Assembly (NCBI RefSeq): GCF_006345805.1
Contig: NC_043004.1
Location: 71,486,001 to 71,550,000, forward strand
DNA length: 64,000 nt
Direction of reading: 5' to 3'
DNA from: Octopus sinensis
Lineage: Eukaryota
This document shows, in pieces, positions 53,922 to 64,000 of the stretch (the stretch's first letter is position 1; every line of letters begins with the position of its first letter). The notes beneath the pieces are model-generated. The model did no database searches, was not told the origin of the DNA, and worked only from the letters and a program-made list of their open reading frames with translations. The position numbers were made by a program, and so were the translations under genes.

Positions 53922-54480
53922 AATGCCCTGATGCAGTACCAGGCAGTGGCTTTCGTGGCTTCTGATCTTAACTGATTGGAAGTATTGTCATGTACATTGT
54001 TTTGTCTTGGTATAAAAGATGGGCTACAGCAAATATTCTGCTAAATACCACAGATTTGCCTGTCAGGTTTTTGACCTTAAGCAGTTGAGCATGTCCCTTA
54101 GTGGCTGACGATATGTGCATCTCTGATCACGAGCAGAAGTAGTAGGGGAGCATCATAGCCGTGTGATGAAAGGAATTCTTAGTGGTTTGGATAATTCACC
54201 TTTGGAAACATAGGAGGTTCATTCAACACCCTTAAACAATCCTTATTCAGGGACCTTTTGAGCGGGATGGGCTACTCGACCAGAAGAACATTCTAATTGG
54301 GCCCCACCTGCAATGTTATGTGGTGTTTATCTTGATATGAGATCACCATATCGCGCACATATGGTTGTGATGCATGTTCTTAGTGTACCCTTATCAGACA
54401 GGTAGTCATGATGGGTATACTGGGCTTCGTATATTTGACCCCAGTGACACTTTGATGGCATGTAATGCTCTCTCACTCAA
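53922..54480. mobile_element. Unclassified non-coding element of about 560 bp bounded by (TAA)n on both sides
   Basis: Complex sequence with sharp borders inside a TAA array. No recognisable ORF or TIR. Confidence 0.5.
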
Positions 54481-54506
54481 GAATAATAATAATAATAATA
54501 ATAATG

Positions 54507-54562
<56 letters not shown>

Positions 54563-54564
<2 letters not shown>

Positions 54565-55237
54565 TTACAAGTAACTGCAGAATATGTGGAGATGGACAAG
54601 AAACAATAAATCATATTATCTCTAGCTGCCCAGTCTGGCTAAGAAGGAATATATTCACAGACATGACAGAGTTGGAACCTACATACATTGGAAGCTATGC
54701 CAACATTATGGAATAACAACAGAAAAAGATGGTATAGGCACACACCAGAAAAGGTCACAGAAAACGAGAAAGCAACCATACTCTGGGATATGCCGAAACA
54801 TACGATAGAGAAATTAAGGCCAACAGACCAGATATAGTTGTCAGAGATCATGAAGAAAAAAAATGCTTTCTAATTGATGTATCAATACCAGCAGATGACA
54901 ACGTGTCTCTAAAAGAAATGGAGAAACTCTCAAAATACAAAGACCTGGAAATAGAGGTAACTAGAATGTGGAACCTGAAAACAGAAACAATTCCTATCAT
55001 AGTAGGTGCATTAGGCATGATAAAAAAAATATTCAGACAAATACATAACAAAAACACCAGGACTTACAAACACATATAACATACAGAAAATTGCACTACT
55101 AGGCACTGCACACATCCTACGCAGAACACTTTCCATACAATAACCATCAGAGCATCACAACAAATACAGCACATACCCAAGGCACACAGAGCTGCGCTCG
55201 GTAGTGAAGTGAAAGCACGCTATAAAAATAAAACTAA

Positions 55238-55240
<3 letters not shown>
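54563..55240 (+). mobile_element. 3' fragment of R4/Dong family a in (TAA)n
   Basis: CRICGDGQETINHIISSC...RPDIVVRDH...LIDVSIPADDNVSLKEMEKLSKYKDL, nearly the same as 41850-42560. Confidence 0.88.
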
Positions 55241-55274
<34 letters not shown>

Positions 55275-55314
55275 TAATATAATAATAATAATAATAATAT
55301 AATAATAATAATAT

Positions 55315-56573
55315 TAAAAATACGAGAAAAAGAGAAAAATACGAAAACTATTGACAATGCATAGAATGCACCACACTAAGGCAGATATAGAACGACTTTA
55401 TCTGCTAAGAAAAGAATGAAGATTGCTACAATTGGCCTAGACACCTACCGGAAAAACTCTGAGGACTGGATGTTAAAACTTGTCTCAAAACATGAAAGCA
55501 AGAAAGCATCATACTCTAACAAAACAGGCAAAGGAGTATCTAAGTAAATTCCGAAAACAACAAATTTCGGAATTAGACACACATGAAACAAGCGCAGAAA
55601 AAGCTAAGCACATGAAAACCCGCGCTAAAACTGCTGTCTTAGATATTCTGAATGATAAATGGCAAGAAAAACCTCTCAATGGCAAATACCCAAAGAGAGT
55701 GAATAATGCTGATGTTGAGAAAGCCCTGACCCATCAATGGCTAATGGCCTCTGGCTTAAAATCTGAAACAGAAGGGTTTATCATAGCAGCTCAAGATCAA
55801 TGCCTACCAACATGAACTACCAGGCCAACATATTAAAGAACGTTAGTAGCCCAACATGTCGTGTATGTCAACAACAAAATGAAATCATTGATCATGTTGT
55901 CTCCAAGTGCAGTCTTCTTGCGCCTACAGAGTATCTCAACATGCATGATAGAGCTGCACAATATATTCACTGGGTAATTTGAAGAAACCTGGATCTGCCC
56001 CATGATAAAAACTGGTGGGAATACAAATCACCTCCAGTGCTTGAAAATGACCACATCTCACTCCTCTGGAATTTCACCATTCAAACTGACAGAAAGATAG
56101 ACGCGAATAGGTCAGACATCATAGTAAAAGACTTCAGACAAAATACATGCCTCCTCATTGATATGACTGTCAAGATTGAGCAAATATAAAGATCTGGAAA
56201 TAGAAATGAGCAAAATGTGGAACCTGAAGACTAAAACAATACCTGTTGTCATAGGTGCCCTGGGAATGACAGCAAAAGGAGCTGATTGCTTCCTAACTCA
56301 GATCCCAGGAAACCCCAAAATGGCAGAAATTCAAAAGATAGTGCTCATGGGAACTGCTCATATCCTACGCAAAATACTTTCTACGTAATCTCAAGTTTTA
56401 AATCAAACATAATTTCGTATGTTTTTTTAGGCATTCACTCGTACAACTCTAAGTACAAAACCAAATATATGGCATCCTGGGCATAACACCAACATGAACT
56501 TCCAAATGTTGTCTCTTGAGGTCTCTGGGTGAGACTTGGAGGCCAGCTTGTGCAAATGTAAAGCAAAAGTCAA

Positions 56574-56578
<5 letters not shown>
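55315..56578 (+). mobile_element. 3' fragment of R4/Dong family b in (TAA)n
   Basis: KWQEKPLNGKYPKRV...ASGLKSETEGFIIAAQDQ, CRVCQQQNE, KYKDLEIE, closely similar to 43965-45250. Confidence 0.88.
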
Positions 56579-56659
<81 letters not shown>

Positions 56660-57382
56660 TAATAAAAATAAAAAATAATATAATTATAATAATAAGAAGG
56701 ATAAGAATAAGAATAAGAATAAAAATAATAGTAATAATAATAATAATACATTTCAACTATAAGTAGAAATTTCGGGTGAAATGACTAGTCGATAACATCG
56801 ACCTATGTGCTCAACCGTTACCTATTTCATTGACCCCGAAAGGATTAAAATCAAAGCCGATCTCCGTAAAGCCGGAACAAATATTGCTAAACATTTTTTA
56901 GCAAACTTACCAATTCACTACCCTTCGTCGTTAGTCAATAAATTCGACATCAGTACTTGATTGGTACTTATATTGACTGTAGGAGGAAGAATGATAAAGT
57001 TAGATGACACGGGCTGTATTTGAACCCAGAACATAAAATACCGGATGACATTTGTCCCACGGTCTAACGATTTCACCTCACATACATTGTTGTTTTCCTT
57101 TAACCCTAACTATTCATCGTGGGTGGTGACATAGGATGGAAAATGTTCCTGTCTGTAGTTTCTCAAGATATTGTTTCTCAGCAAACAATGACCAGTAGTT
57201 AGGTCATTTCTAATTTGTAGTAGATTTGGCTGTTATTCCCAGCAAATCAAACGCTTACATAGAGGTTCTCTCGTTAGTTTAAGTTTTTAGTATGTATGCA
57301 TTAACTGGTAGCTGTCTTTGAGTTTTCTCGCTAAAAGAAAAAGCCAAACATAAATATTTATGTGTAAGTGTATATGCATGTG

Positions 57383-57435
<53 letters not shown>

Positions 57436-57746
57436 TGTGTGTGTTGTGGTGTGGGTGTGTGTGTGTGTGTGTGTATGTGCTTTTGTATTAGTGTATCAGA
57501 GCTGAAACAACTGATAGAGAGTGGCATATATGAAAATAAGGCTGGAGCGAAAGTGGCACATATTTGACAACGTGTTTTAAACAGTAACAACAACATCAAC
57601 AATATCAAGAAAATGAATGACATTAGTGACATTAGTGACAAAAATAAAAGATAAAAATAACGTCGTCCACATCATAACAGACTGACAACTATGTAATACT
57701 CTTTATCAAATGGCAATCGTTTTGAAATTGGAAAATGCATTATTAC

Positions 57747-57838
57747 CTTTTCAATTGGCAAACTCTCCCAGTATTTATAAATAGGACTTCTTTCAAAAGA
57801 CATTTCGTTCATCTCAAATACTATCTGCCAGCTTTTAC
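57747..57838 (-). CDS. Exon of a minus-strand gene (extracellular-type domain, family unnamed)
   Basis: Acceptor tttatttacaatttatgcag, donor AAG|gtaata. 92 nt, phase 1 to 0. Reads (G)KSWQIVFEMNEMSFERSPIYKYWESLPIEK and continues in frame into VKLVL at 48142. Confidence 0.62.
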
Positions 57839-57989
57839 CTGCATAAATTGTAAATAAATTGAATGTTTTAGCTGTGGTGGTATACATGTTTTAGCTGTAG
57901 TAGTATACATAATTCGCTATAGTTATTTAAGAGAGCTGGTGACATTTGGCCTGGAGACAGAAATATCACATACATAAAATATACAGTTC

Positions 57990-58652
57990 ACACAGTCTTA
58001 TTAGCAGAATTAGATAGGTAACTTCGGAAATCTCAGGTTGTTGTAGTCGGGAAGTGAGAGGAAGGGCCAGTTGATAAATTGCAAGAAGACAAAGTATATG
58101 GCGGCTCATCGTTAAATTACTTTGGGACTTCGATAACAGAAGATACAAGATGTATGAATGAGATCGAAAGACGAACAGTGCTGGTAAAATATGCATTCTC
58201 AAAATTGTATAACATCTTGAGAAACTGTACTCTGAACAGCAGGTCCAGGATGTGTACATTGAACTGTGTCTAGCCTGTGTTAATATATGGAAGTGAAGCA
58301 GGACCTATAACAGTAGAAATGAGAATGTGCTTGGAGAGCTGTGAAATGTGGTGCTGAAGGAAAATAGTGAGGATAGCATGGACATACAAAGTGCCTAAGG
58401 GTGTGATGGCCCTGGCTGTGGAAATTAGGAAATTTAGATATAGGTCATGTAACATATTTCTAGCTCATATGATGCGGAAAGAGGGCCTGAAGAATTTAGG
58501 GATGACCGGGAAGATTGAAGGGAAAAGAAGCAGGGGAGCAGAAGGATGATGAACAGGTTAAAAAACAGCGGCATTAAATATCATGAAGTAGAACTCTTTC
58601 AGAAAGCAAAAAATATAATTATGGAAGGACACAATCGTTTATATGAAGACGT
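57990..58652 (+). mobile_element. Degraded RTE-clade LINE 3' fragment; its extreme tail resumes at 59424-59452
   Basis: INCKKTKYM, YFGTSITEDTRCMNEIERR, VLIYGSEA, HMMRKEGL...GKIEGKRSRG. The tail ggacatggcatcagagaagaggaag follows the rDNA fragment. Confidence 0.78.
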
Positions 58653-59423
58653 GTTCCGGCGCCCGGCAGCGTGACGCCGAGTGAACGGCGACGCGGCCGC
58701 ACGGGAGCGCGGCGACACACACGGCCCGACCGACCCGGTCCTCAGAGCCAATCCTTCTTCCGAAGGTACGGATCCATTTTGCCGACTTCCTTTACCTACA
58801 TTGGCGCTATCGACGAGAGGCTGTACACCTTGGAGACCTGCTGCGGATGGTGGGTACGGACCGACTCGAGAGCTGCGATTCGTTACGGACCCGGATTTTC
58901 CAGGGCCGCCGAGAGCGCACCGGACGCCGCCCGAGACGCGGCGCTCTACAGGTACCATATCCGTATCTCCGGACCAGCCGATTCCATGGACGCGGTCCTT
59001 TACGAAGAAGAGAGAACTCTTCCCGGGGCTCCCGGCAACGTCTCCGGGCTCGCTTGCGTTGCCGCTGCTTCGCCCGGCCACCGGCTTCGACGACGGACGC
59101 GCTGCTAGGAGCACGCCGCGTTCCCGCCGACGGACAGGCACTCTCCGAGTTTGGGGTCGGGAATATTAACCCGATCCCCTTTCGATGCGAGGCCGGCTGC
59201 TTAGTTTTCTTTCGACTGCTACGTTCGCGACGACGGATCCGGCGCCTTTCGTGGAAGCTTTCGCCAGCTTCTTAGGACCGACTGACCCGTGCTCGACCGC
59301 CGTTGGCACGGAACCCTTCTCCACTTCGGTCTTCGAAGGTCTCGTTCGAATATTTGCTACTACCACCGAGATCTGGACCCGCGGTCGGCTGCACCCGGAC
59401 TCGCGCCCGCGGCTTCCATGCAC
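58653..59423 (-). rRNA. 28S: Isolated internal fragment (about 770 bp) of 28S rRNA gene (orphon/pseudogene)
   Basis: Conserved LSU motifs in reverse: ctcagagccaatcc, ttgccgacttcc, ccttggagacctgctgcgga, gggaatattaacccgat, cttaggaccgactgaccc, gaacccttctccacttcgg, gaatatttgctactaccacc. Abrupt GC-rich island. Confidence 0.93.
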
Positions 59424-60030
59424 GTTCAGGACATGGCATCAGAGAAGAGGAAGTGTTAGATGAAGTGTATGAAATATTGTCATTGTTTAACCTTTGTAAA
59501 AAACAAAAAAATATATGTTTTAATTCTTACACTTTTGAAGATTTTATACTTGTAGGAAGGGACTTCTGTATTCGTGATCAAATGAATAATATATTATACG
59601 ATTCATCGCTACAGAGCTGGTAGAGCCTTTTGCTTCCTAGGTACTTAGCAATATGGGACAATTCTTTTATTTAATACCAAATTGGGTACATTTAACTTTA
59701 GTGTTCATAGATGCGAAGATAGTAAAGTATCATTTTTCGGTTTGGATTAAGAAAAGTAATTTTCAGATGATTGTATCGTGTTTTGAACTTGTTTGTTGCT
59801 GACACTATATGGTTGTATATCTAATCGGTATTCCAGTATCTGCAGATAGTATTGCACAATACATACATACATACATACATACATACATACATACATACAT
59901 ACATACATACATACATAAATGCATATATACATATATACATACCTACATACCTACATATATCTTTCATCTAGGTTAGAAAATGGTTCTTCTCTATTGGCAA
60001 GAAATCTTGAAATAAAACTGAATAATGACA

Positions 60031-60936
60031 TACGCGGGATATCCAAATGTAACTGGAAACGTTATTTATGGGACTAACCAGTTGTAGATCAAGCTTTCCG
60101 CCGCTAGAAAACACTTGGTACCGCTCGTAGGCATTAGCATACCGACCAGTGTCGTCGGCTGGCGTCGTGCTGGCACTTGGTGCATCTTTGTTTTGCAGAG
60201 CTGCACCCCTGTTCGTCGATTTTTCCGATGACTGAAACGAAGATACAGCGTGATTCCGTGAAATTCTGTCTTCTGCTGGGGAAAACGGCGTCCGAAACAG
60301 TTGTCATGCTTCAAAGAGCTTAAAGGACGATGCCATAAGCAATACACAAGTTAACTAGTGGCTTTTACGCTTTAGGAATGGTCACTTCTAGCTTTAGGGA
60401 CCAATCTCGTTCAGTGCCATCACCAATCTCCCGAACGAAAGAAAACATCACGAAAATCCATGAACCGATCTTGGAGGACCGTCACTGAACAATTAAAGAA
60501 CTTATTGATATGACTGGTGTGTCTTAGAGCTTCTGTCAACGAATTTGATCGAGGAATTACGAATGGAAAAAGTTGCAGCAAAAGTTGTGTCTCGCTTGCT
60601 CAAGGAAGATCAAAAGCAGTCACAGATGAATGCGTGTCGTGAACTGAACGTACTCTTGGAAGTTGATCCGGACCTTCTTTCAAAGGTCATCACTTGTGAA
60701 AAAACCTGGTGCTACGGAATTTTCGGATGTGGAAGAGTTGAAGAAAAACGACGGTGGTGTTGAAAAGCATCACTTCGCAAGAGTCCCAGGAATACTTCGA
60801 ATAATAGAATACGGGTCTTGCCCGATGCATTGCATCAAATGGAGAATACTTCGAAGGCGATAAAAGCGTAAACATTTAAAACTAAGGGAATAAAATAATT
60901 TTGCAAATTCCGGTTTCTCTTGAGTACCCCTTCGTA
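60031..60936 (+). mobile_element. Internally deleted mariner element with degenerate TIRs
   Basis: HTH region VKFCLLLGKTASET, KVAAKVVSRLL, and KVITCEKTWCYG fused directly to C-terminal FSDVEELK...GEYFEGD. TIR-like ends tacgcgggatatcc.../...gtaccccttcgta. Confidence 0.82.
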
Positions 60937-61882
60937 CATGCATAAATTTCTGAGACGGTTTCCAATTTAAGGTCAGGATGAAGCGAAGTTTGTTTGCAAA
61001 AATCGGTGTTATGTGTGTAGTTTTCTGCTTTTGACATTTCGAAAGTTCTCGGATATATTGGCTACAGTTTTGCGAAGTTCCTATAGTTGTTGAGTTATTA
61101 GTGTGGTTGTGGTGGTTGTGGTTGTGGTGCAGTGCAAGTTTTTGGGGTATTCAGAAAAACAGTAAATTGGCGTGGAAACTTGTATTTTGAAGAGTGGTTT
61201 GAACCAGATAATTTTCTTTTTTCTCTGTTAATGTTATTTTGTTGTTTGTGGATTTGACGTTATTTATGTAATGTACATTTTCTTTGTAACCAATATCATG
61301 AAGAGTGTCCTTATATGGAGATCATATTTCATTGAATACTTTTTCACTGGAAATTAAATTAGACTTAGAAATGCACTTCTTATCAGGTTTTTTTTTACCT
61401 TTCAGTTGGTTGGAATTATCTGTATAAGTAATGGATATATATTGTTTTCTTCTATAGAGTTTATAAATAGCAGATTCCACGGCTAAGGTAACGTTGATTC
61501 ACTCGACAGGTTTAAGTTGTGGGCCTACAATAATGATAGAACCTATATTTGACAAGAAAAGATACCATTTCTCCCTTCATTTGTCACATAGTTGTGGGTT
61601 GTATTTTCATATGTATATATATATATATATATATAATATAAATTTAATTTAGGGTAGAAATTGATATTTATCAATTAGAACCAGTGGTCTAGCATATTAA
61701 AAAAATCCGAAGATTAAAATATTTATATATACCAATTAAGGACTGAACACGAAAAGTAGACAGTCAACATGCTAGATATAGACGTCAAATCGCCATTCTC
61801 CACAAAAGATTATGTTCTCAGATCAAACTCAACACAAAACCATAGCAATAAACAAGTGAAAATATACGAAATAAATATTTAC

Positions 61883-61946
61883 CCATGTACTAATTAGTTT
61901 CAACTGTTATTTTCCGCAAGGGAAAGTGCAGCCATTATCAGCATGG
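61883..61946 (-). ncRNA. Hammerhead copy with mutated core (CUGAUAA), probably inactive
   Basis: Reverse complement of 62022-62085 except G8 to A, which breaks the C3-G8 pair. Confidence 0.65.
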
Positions 61947-62021
61947 TCCCATATAAAATGCGATTTGCTGGACTAGATGCAAACACGATACCGAAATATC
62001 GCGAGCATGGAGTACATGGGA

Positions 62022-62085
62022 CCATGCTGATGATGGCTGCACTTTTCCTTGCGGAAAATAACAGTTGAAACTAATTAGTACATGG
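62022..62085 (+). ncRNA. Type-I hammerhead ribozyme
   Basis: ccatg CTGATGA tggctg...cagtt GAAAC TAATTA GTA catgg. Palindromic stem III (ACTAATTAGT). Confidence 0.82.
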
Positions 62086-62523
62086 GTAAATATTTATTTC
62101 GTATATTTTCACTTGTTTATTGCTATGGTTTTGTGTTGAGTTTGATCTGAGAACATAATCTTTTGTGGAGAATGGCGATTTGACGTCTATATCTAGCATG
62201 TTGACTGTCCACTTTTCGTGTTCAGTCCTTAATTGGTATATATAAATATTTTAATCTTCGGATTTTTTTAATATGCTAGACCACTGGTTCTAATTGATAA
62301 ATATCAATTTCTACCCTAAATTAATTTTATATAAATAGATGTTCTCTAACCGATAAATTAACTGCTGCTAATTATTAGCTGCAGGCTAGTTTTCTCGGGT
62401 CTCATCGCGCCAAAAGTAAAGGCATTTGAAATATATATTCAAATGTAATAGGCTGTACTCCATGCACGCGATATTTCGGTATCGTGTTTGCATCTAGTCC
62501 AGCAAATTGCATTTTATATGGGA

Positions 62524-62587
62524 CCATGCTGATGATGGCTGCACTTTCCCTTGCGGAGAATAACAGTTGAAACTAATTAGTACATGG
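62524..62587 (+). ncRNA. Type-I hammerhead ribozyme (second tandem copy)
   Basis: Same motif as 62022-62085, 502 nt downstream. Confidence 0.82.
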
Positions 62588-62738
62588 GTAAATATTTATT
62601 TCGTATATTTTCACTTATTTATTGCTATGGTTTTGTGTTGAGTTTGATCTGAGAACATAATCTTTTGTGGAGAATGACGATTTGACGTCTATATCTAGCA
62701 TGTTGACTCTCCACTTTTCGTGTTCAGTCCTTAATTGG

Positions 62739-62849
<111 letters not shown>

Positions 62850-62859
62850 GGGGGGGGAA

Positions 62860-63110
62860 GGCGCGTGGCTTAGTGGTTAGTGTGTCAGCATCATGATCGT
62901 AAGATTGTGGTTTCGGTTCCTGGACTGGGCGACGCATTCTGTTCTTGAGCAAAACACTTCCTTTCACGTTGCTCCAGTCCACTCAGCTGGCACAAATGAG
63001 TAACGCTGCGATGGACTGGCATCCTGTCCAGCTGGGGAACACATACGCTATAGAAAACGGGAAACCTGGCCCATGAGCCTGGCTAGGCTTTAAAAGGGCG
63101 TATTTATTTA
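62860..63110 (+). mobile_element. tRNA-derived SINE with V-domain-like core
   Basis: Head gcgcgtggcttagtggttag (A box), ttcttgagcaaaacactt, and central gcgatggactggcatcctgtccag. Confidence 0.75.
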
Positions 63111-63118
63111 TCTATTTA

Positions 63119-63167
<49 letters not shown>

Positions 63168-63174
63168 TACATAC

Positions 63175-63219
<45 letters not shown>

Positions 63220-63222
63220 TAT

Positions 63223-63296
<74 letters not shown>

Positions 63297-63514
63297 CAAG
63301 AGAGCAATAAGAAAATGGAGGGGATCAATAGGTCGTATTCATCCACTTTTAGACATTATATTATGTCAATTTATTTATTTATTTACTAAAAGGACAATTA
63401 TAACAATATACATACATGTATAACATATTATGCTTTACATATATAACATATAAAACGTAAAAATATCAGCAATTATTAAAATATAAATCATATAGCAATA
63501 GAATTTGGGATAAT

Positions 63515-63638
63515 ATCTTACAGCTGTTTCAGCCAAGAGGCAAAAATACCTCATTCTACATTTATCTCTCCAGTGGACTGAAGTAATTAGTAGATGAAAT
63601 TGAGGTACTTTGGTGTTTCTCTAGGCTTCGTCAGAGAT
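63515..63638 (-). ncRNA. Type-I hammerhead ribozyme with long stem II
   Basis: Minus strand aucu CUGACGA agccuagag...aaaguaccuca...ugagguauuuu...cucuuggcu GAAAC AGCU GUA agau. Intact core and palindromic loop. Confidence 0.78.
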
Positions 63639-64000
63639 TTTAGAAAGTACATAAGGTTAAGTTATAAATATAAATACACACACACATATACATACTTTTA
63701 TATAAACATACATATACATAAATATAACTAAATACATATACCTACACTTAAATGTAAATTTTTTAAATGCTATTCTCAGCTGCAATATTTTAAGTAGAGT
63801 AGAATTTTCATTTGAAGTACTCTTTAGCTTCCTTTAGAGGTGACGAATTAGATAAATTCTGCTATGTAAACCTTGTTCTATACTTTTCCAGTTGTAATAT
63901 CTTAAGAATATTAACATACATTTTTCATTGTAATTTATATATTAGACATATTTGCACGTACGTACTTACACTTACAAACACACATATGTAAATTATATAT

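Noticed and set aside
9735-57838. Three exons all 92 nt, phase 1 to 0, suggesting exon duplication
   Set aside because: No sequence similarity among them, so most likely coincidence.
58599-59463. Several long GC-rich ORFs on both strands
   Set aside because: Artefacts of the 28S rRNA fragment.

Overview
AT-rich, repeat-dense animal genomic DNA, inferred to be octopod cephalopod from the tRNA-derived SINEs, the (TA)n/(TAA)n microsatellites and a GC-rich 28S fragment. Most ORFs in the supplied track are microsatellite or antisense artefacts. (1) Small exons of a minus-strand gene are separated by very long introns. Three join in frame (9735-9826, 6438-6621, 1156-1270) and encode a Ly6/uPAR-like three-finger domain followed directly by a hormone-receptor (HRM) domain, typical of an adhesion/secretin-class GPCR ectodomain. 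Two more in-frame exons (57747-57838, 47991-48142) and several weaker small-exon candidates lie upstream. The gene runs off the left edge. (2) The rest is mostly transposons: three Penelope-like elements, CR1/L2-type, Tx1, RTE and R4/Dong-type LINEs (the last stacked in TAA repeats), mariner/Tc1 relics, two non-autonomous Helitrons, SINEs, and a 28S rDNA fragment that interrupts an RTE tail. (3) The main unexpected signal is about 15 minimal type-I hammerhead ribozyme motifs at 10 loci from several sequence-unrelated families. Most sit in (TA)n-flanked 'inverted arm + forward/partial-tandem unit' fold-back elements, the geometry of Penelope pseudo-LTRs and retrozymes. Many have palindromic stem-III loops, two have a U3:A8 core variant, and several are sense to the host pre-mRNA. 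All calls were made by eye, with no database or folding software.
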